This document shows, in pieces, positions 60,264-64,000 of a stretch of DNA of 64,000 bases (within the stretch, counting starts at the first letter, position 1; each line of letters opens with the position of its first letter). The notes below the pieces were generated by a model, which saw nothing but the letters and a program-made list of their open reading frames with translations, had not been told where the DNA came from and searched no databases. The position numbers were made by a program, and so were the translations under genes. This DNA is from Lingula anatina. Its lineage: Eukaryota; Animalia; Brachiopoda. The stretch covers positions 20,278,848-20,342,847 of the forward strand of contig CM120643.1 of assembly GCA_051362555.1 (NCBI GenBank), written 5' to 3'.

Positions 60264-63200
60264 GGCTATCCGTGAAACAAGAAGAGTGCCAAGCCAGACG
60301 CAACACTGAGCCACGTTGCCGATGTTCGACGATTAAATGTAGAAATATGCCTCAATGTCTCAAAAGACAACACGTACAACGCTAATTGTGACGTTGCCTA
60401 ACAGTCTGATTCGTTGGATTGTTTGAAGATTTGAATATCTTTTATCCTTTATGCCACTTTAAACACCGCCATGTCATTCTGATTCAACAACGTCATTCAG
60501 TTTATAAATATCTACTGTTACGCGTGTGCATTGTTAGCACCTCGTTTTTTTAATAATTGCAGTCATATTGTATATAATCATGTCAGAACGCTTTGGTTAG
60601 CGTGTTGGTAGTCGATCCAGCAGTTTTGATGCTACTTTTTTTTTGGAAATTGGCCGGCAGCTAGATCTTCAAGATTAAGTAGTTCAGCGTCTGAAAATCT
60701 CCTCCAACTGATCCCACTTTTTTGGTCGATGTTTGAAATCTGTTTGATGCTGCCGTACGCCATTCAATCTGTGCATAAAACAATAATTCCAAACGTAAAG
60801 TAAATTGCGAAAATAACATTACAATTTCAACTAAGATAAGGTCAATGTGTATGTATTTCGGCTATTTGGTTATCTGTTCTTATTGCAATTTTAAAAAGTT
60901 ATGTTGTGACAGATACATACCCTGTCTACAGATGCGACAGCTCGAATTGCTCATTATTTTCGGGGTTGTTTGTGAAACCATGTGGACATGGCACAAATCG
61001 GTAATTAATTGATAAATTAATGACGTAAATGGCAAGAGAAAAAAAAACGCAAAGTCTTACCTGGTTTATTATTTAAGTGCCCATGCAAGCATTCGTAGTC
61101 TAAATGTGGCATTCCATTCAGCTAACATGTTAAAGATATCAGCGTCATTTGCCCCCTGAATGCTGCTGGTTTCATTTAAGTCGCCATTCGTCAGACTGCT
61201 GCTTATTTTAGGCCGGAGCGTTCAAAATAACTGCGGCTTACAATTAATTATTTGTAATCCTCGAGGACTGTTTTTAAAAACTTTACAGCCTTTGAAGTTA
61301 GATACTTTAATTTGGCCACCGTATGATGCATGTCCCTTTCAATATCCTTAAGCTTGCTCTCGTCAGGATACGGATACCTTTCATCCGATTGCAACGATTG
61401 GCAGGGAGGCTTTTAGCTAGCGTCAGACACTGTAAGCTTAGCGCAGCTGCCTCCGTGTTCATCATCAGATCTCCTCGCGGTTATTAGCTTCAAGTTTCCT
61501 ATTTCATCAGCACGCTTCTAATCAAACTTCATAAAAACACCGGATCTAGGCGTTTTGTTTTTTACTTCTTTTTTGCATCATTAACACCAGATCCTGCTGG
61601 GTGCGAAAGCAAATTGTAAAGCGTTTTGCTCGAGAGTGTGGTTGCCCAAGACGTCTATTTTAGCGCTCCTTTCACTTGCCCCTAGTGGATGAATCTGCTG
61701 AAGATATCGGCATTTGTCAACGATGATCCGAGTTTCTTGTCACAGTTGTCTGTCACTGCGCTGTTTTCGGCGCTAAAGCCGTGTATATTCCCGCTGACGC
61801 ATGTCCCTTATTTATAACATGCAGTGAAAGCTGTAAATTGGATGGCAATCACAGCATCACGCAAGCTTTATTTTCTGTTCATTAGGTCTATTATTATATA
61901 TCTTCCTCGTCTCATAAACAGTACCTGTACATGTAAATGAATCACCTTGCTTATTCAAACGTTCGCTAGAAGAAATAACCGGTATGACTGTTCACTTCAG
62001 ATCCGACGTCTTTACATACCGCTACTGAAATGCCAATGCGACATCCCCTTCTACTTTAATCTGCTTCACGCGCCAACTACATCTATCTGATTGGAGCAGC
62101 CCTATGTGGCTTTAATATCCAGATCGTCTAGAGGCATACGTAATAAGCGGCAGTTGTCTTATGCGGGGTGATCGAGGTTGCGCGAGTGGCACGTGCAATT
62201 TACCCCCCATTATTTTGATTTCCCAACTGTCTTGAAACCCCACACGTATGAGATAATCTCCAGCATCAGTTGACAATTGCGCAATTAGGAATTGATTTTT
62301 ACGTGTCAAAGATGACAGTTTAAATAGGGTCTCCGGGATGCCTCACTAAAACGTCCGATTGATTTCAGAGTTTATGGATTTGCTTGTTCGCCACATTTTT
62401 AATTTCTTCATTCATGCAGCTAACGCTATTCACTGATGGTCGCGCTTTAAGATGCGCACATTAATGCCGATAAAGCCACGGCGTTGTTTACTGTCCAATT
62501 TACTGAACAGGTATTAAAATTGTCCATATTAATGTCGTGCGTCCTATCAGTGGACACCTGTTTGAATGACCACATTATTGTCATTAGTGCAGTCAACTAT
62601 AGGTACTGTCTGTCCGTCTGTCCTGGCTGTTTCAACTTTAAATGAAGGAATGTCAGATGTTCAGATTTTATGAATAGCTTTCTAAATTGATTTATTCACG
62701 GGCTACATAAAGTTTTAATGGCTAAGTATTTGCAAGGAGGTGGAATGATCTCAGAACGATTGCCTTGTGGTACTTACTGTACTTATCACCTCTTTGCGTT
62801 TGACTGATTGCGTCAGTTTAACAATCACGTTAGCTACATAGTCTGTCAATAGTCACTTTGCACTGGCTGTCAATTACGGGCCTGCTGATAAGGTTTTCCA
62901 CACAAAGTTAACACTGTGATTGGCAGTGCAGGTTATATATTATGTATTGAACGACATGGCTGGGGGTAGTAGTTTTATTTGTTCATACCAGTACATGCCG
63001 TCCCTCAAATTAAAGATGTGGTGATTGTATGTCCCCCACTTGGGAATCGAATGTAAGGATTTTGTTTACAGAAAGAGGCGAGGCGGGGTAAAGGTTTTAA
63101 GACTCAGATCGCTGGGTGGGTGTGCAAAAGAAACATTTAAGACGCCAATAACTCGTTCCTTCTAGGTCTGCCAATGCACATAAAGTATATACGCACAATA

Positions 63201-64000
63201 GAGAAACGTGTGTATATATAATCAATAATGGCAACTGGGTGGACCTGCGGTTGCGAAATACCTGGCACTGATTATTCTGTTTACTCTCCGGTACAGATTT
63301 CTCATCTCAATTGGCAAATCGTGATTGACATAATAAAATGATGAGTGAAATGAGACGTGCCGAACCATTGGCTAAGCACTAATACTTCTGTTGAACATGG
63401 GACCAAGTAGCTTCTAGTATTTTCAGAGCTGTAAACTGCTCCCATAAACGGTTTTTTGCTGTTGGCTCGAGTTTCTTTTGTAGCTATAAATTAAAAGAAC
63501 CATGCAGTCAGTCAACAGTATCCGTTAAGCGATGCAGGGGATGTCTAGACCAGTGGCTGATCCAGGAGGAGGGGAGGGGAGGGGAGGATGGTGATGGTGG
63601 TGGGGAGGGGGGTTATAGCGGGCTTGTGTTTCTCCTTTAGCTTCGGAAGAACTACCTGCCCTATCTTCCTCCCTAACGACAGAATAAAGAATGCAACGAG
63701 ACCAAATTTCCACATCCCACTATCTTACACATACCGGTACATGTATATTGTAATTTTTTCTTTGTTCACTATTTTTTATCTGCTGAGGATTCCTCCTTGC
63801 CCCCCCTCCATTTTTCTTGTTAGCAAAACCGTACATATAATACGCCAGCTAATAGGCATAAAAGCCGGGATTTTCACAGCGCGGAATAACCCTAATAAAA
63901 CCTGATAATCACATAAAACTCCATTAGGATTGAATTATGGTCGGATAGTAGAATTAACGGTAGTATTGGGCTGTCGCTAAATTTTATCTTATTGCATAAT

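Overview
AT-rich, intron-rich eukaryotic DNA, probably from a marine invertebrate. Genes reconstructed by hand from splice signals and translation: the 5' 11 coding exons of DDX1 (minus strand, continuing off the left edge); a 13-exon arylsulfatase B-like gene with a GC-AG first intron; an intron-containing tRNA-Lys(UUU); three tandem secreted phospholipase A2 genes; CIAO2B/FAM96B with an AT-AC minor-spliceosome intron; and an intronless class A peptide-type GPCR whose DRY motif reads LRF. The middle PLA2 is split by a 2.2-kb Tc1/mariner element, and an orphan catalytic-exon copy carrying His48Arg lies behind the third. Many TIR elements and MITEs are present. The least explained structure is a non-coding ~1.55-kb unit carrying two degenerate tRNA-like Pol III modules. 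It occurs as a 2.6-copy head-to-tail array (18145-22203) and as a solitary monomer (7890-9007). The monomer is bounded by a 14-bp direct repeat that occurs once at each array junction, which suggests a circular or rolling-circle intermediate. All coordinates were read by eye and no database searches were run.
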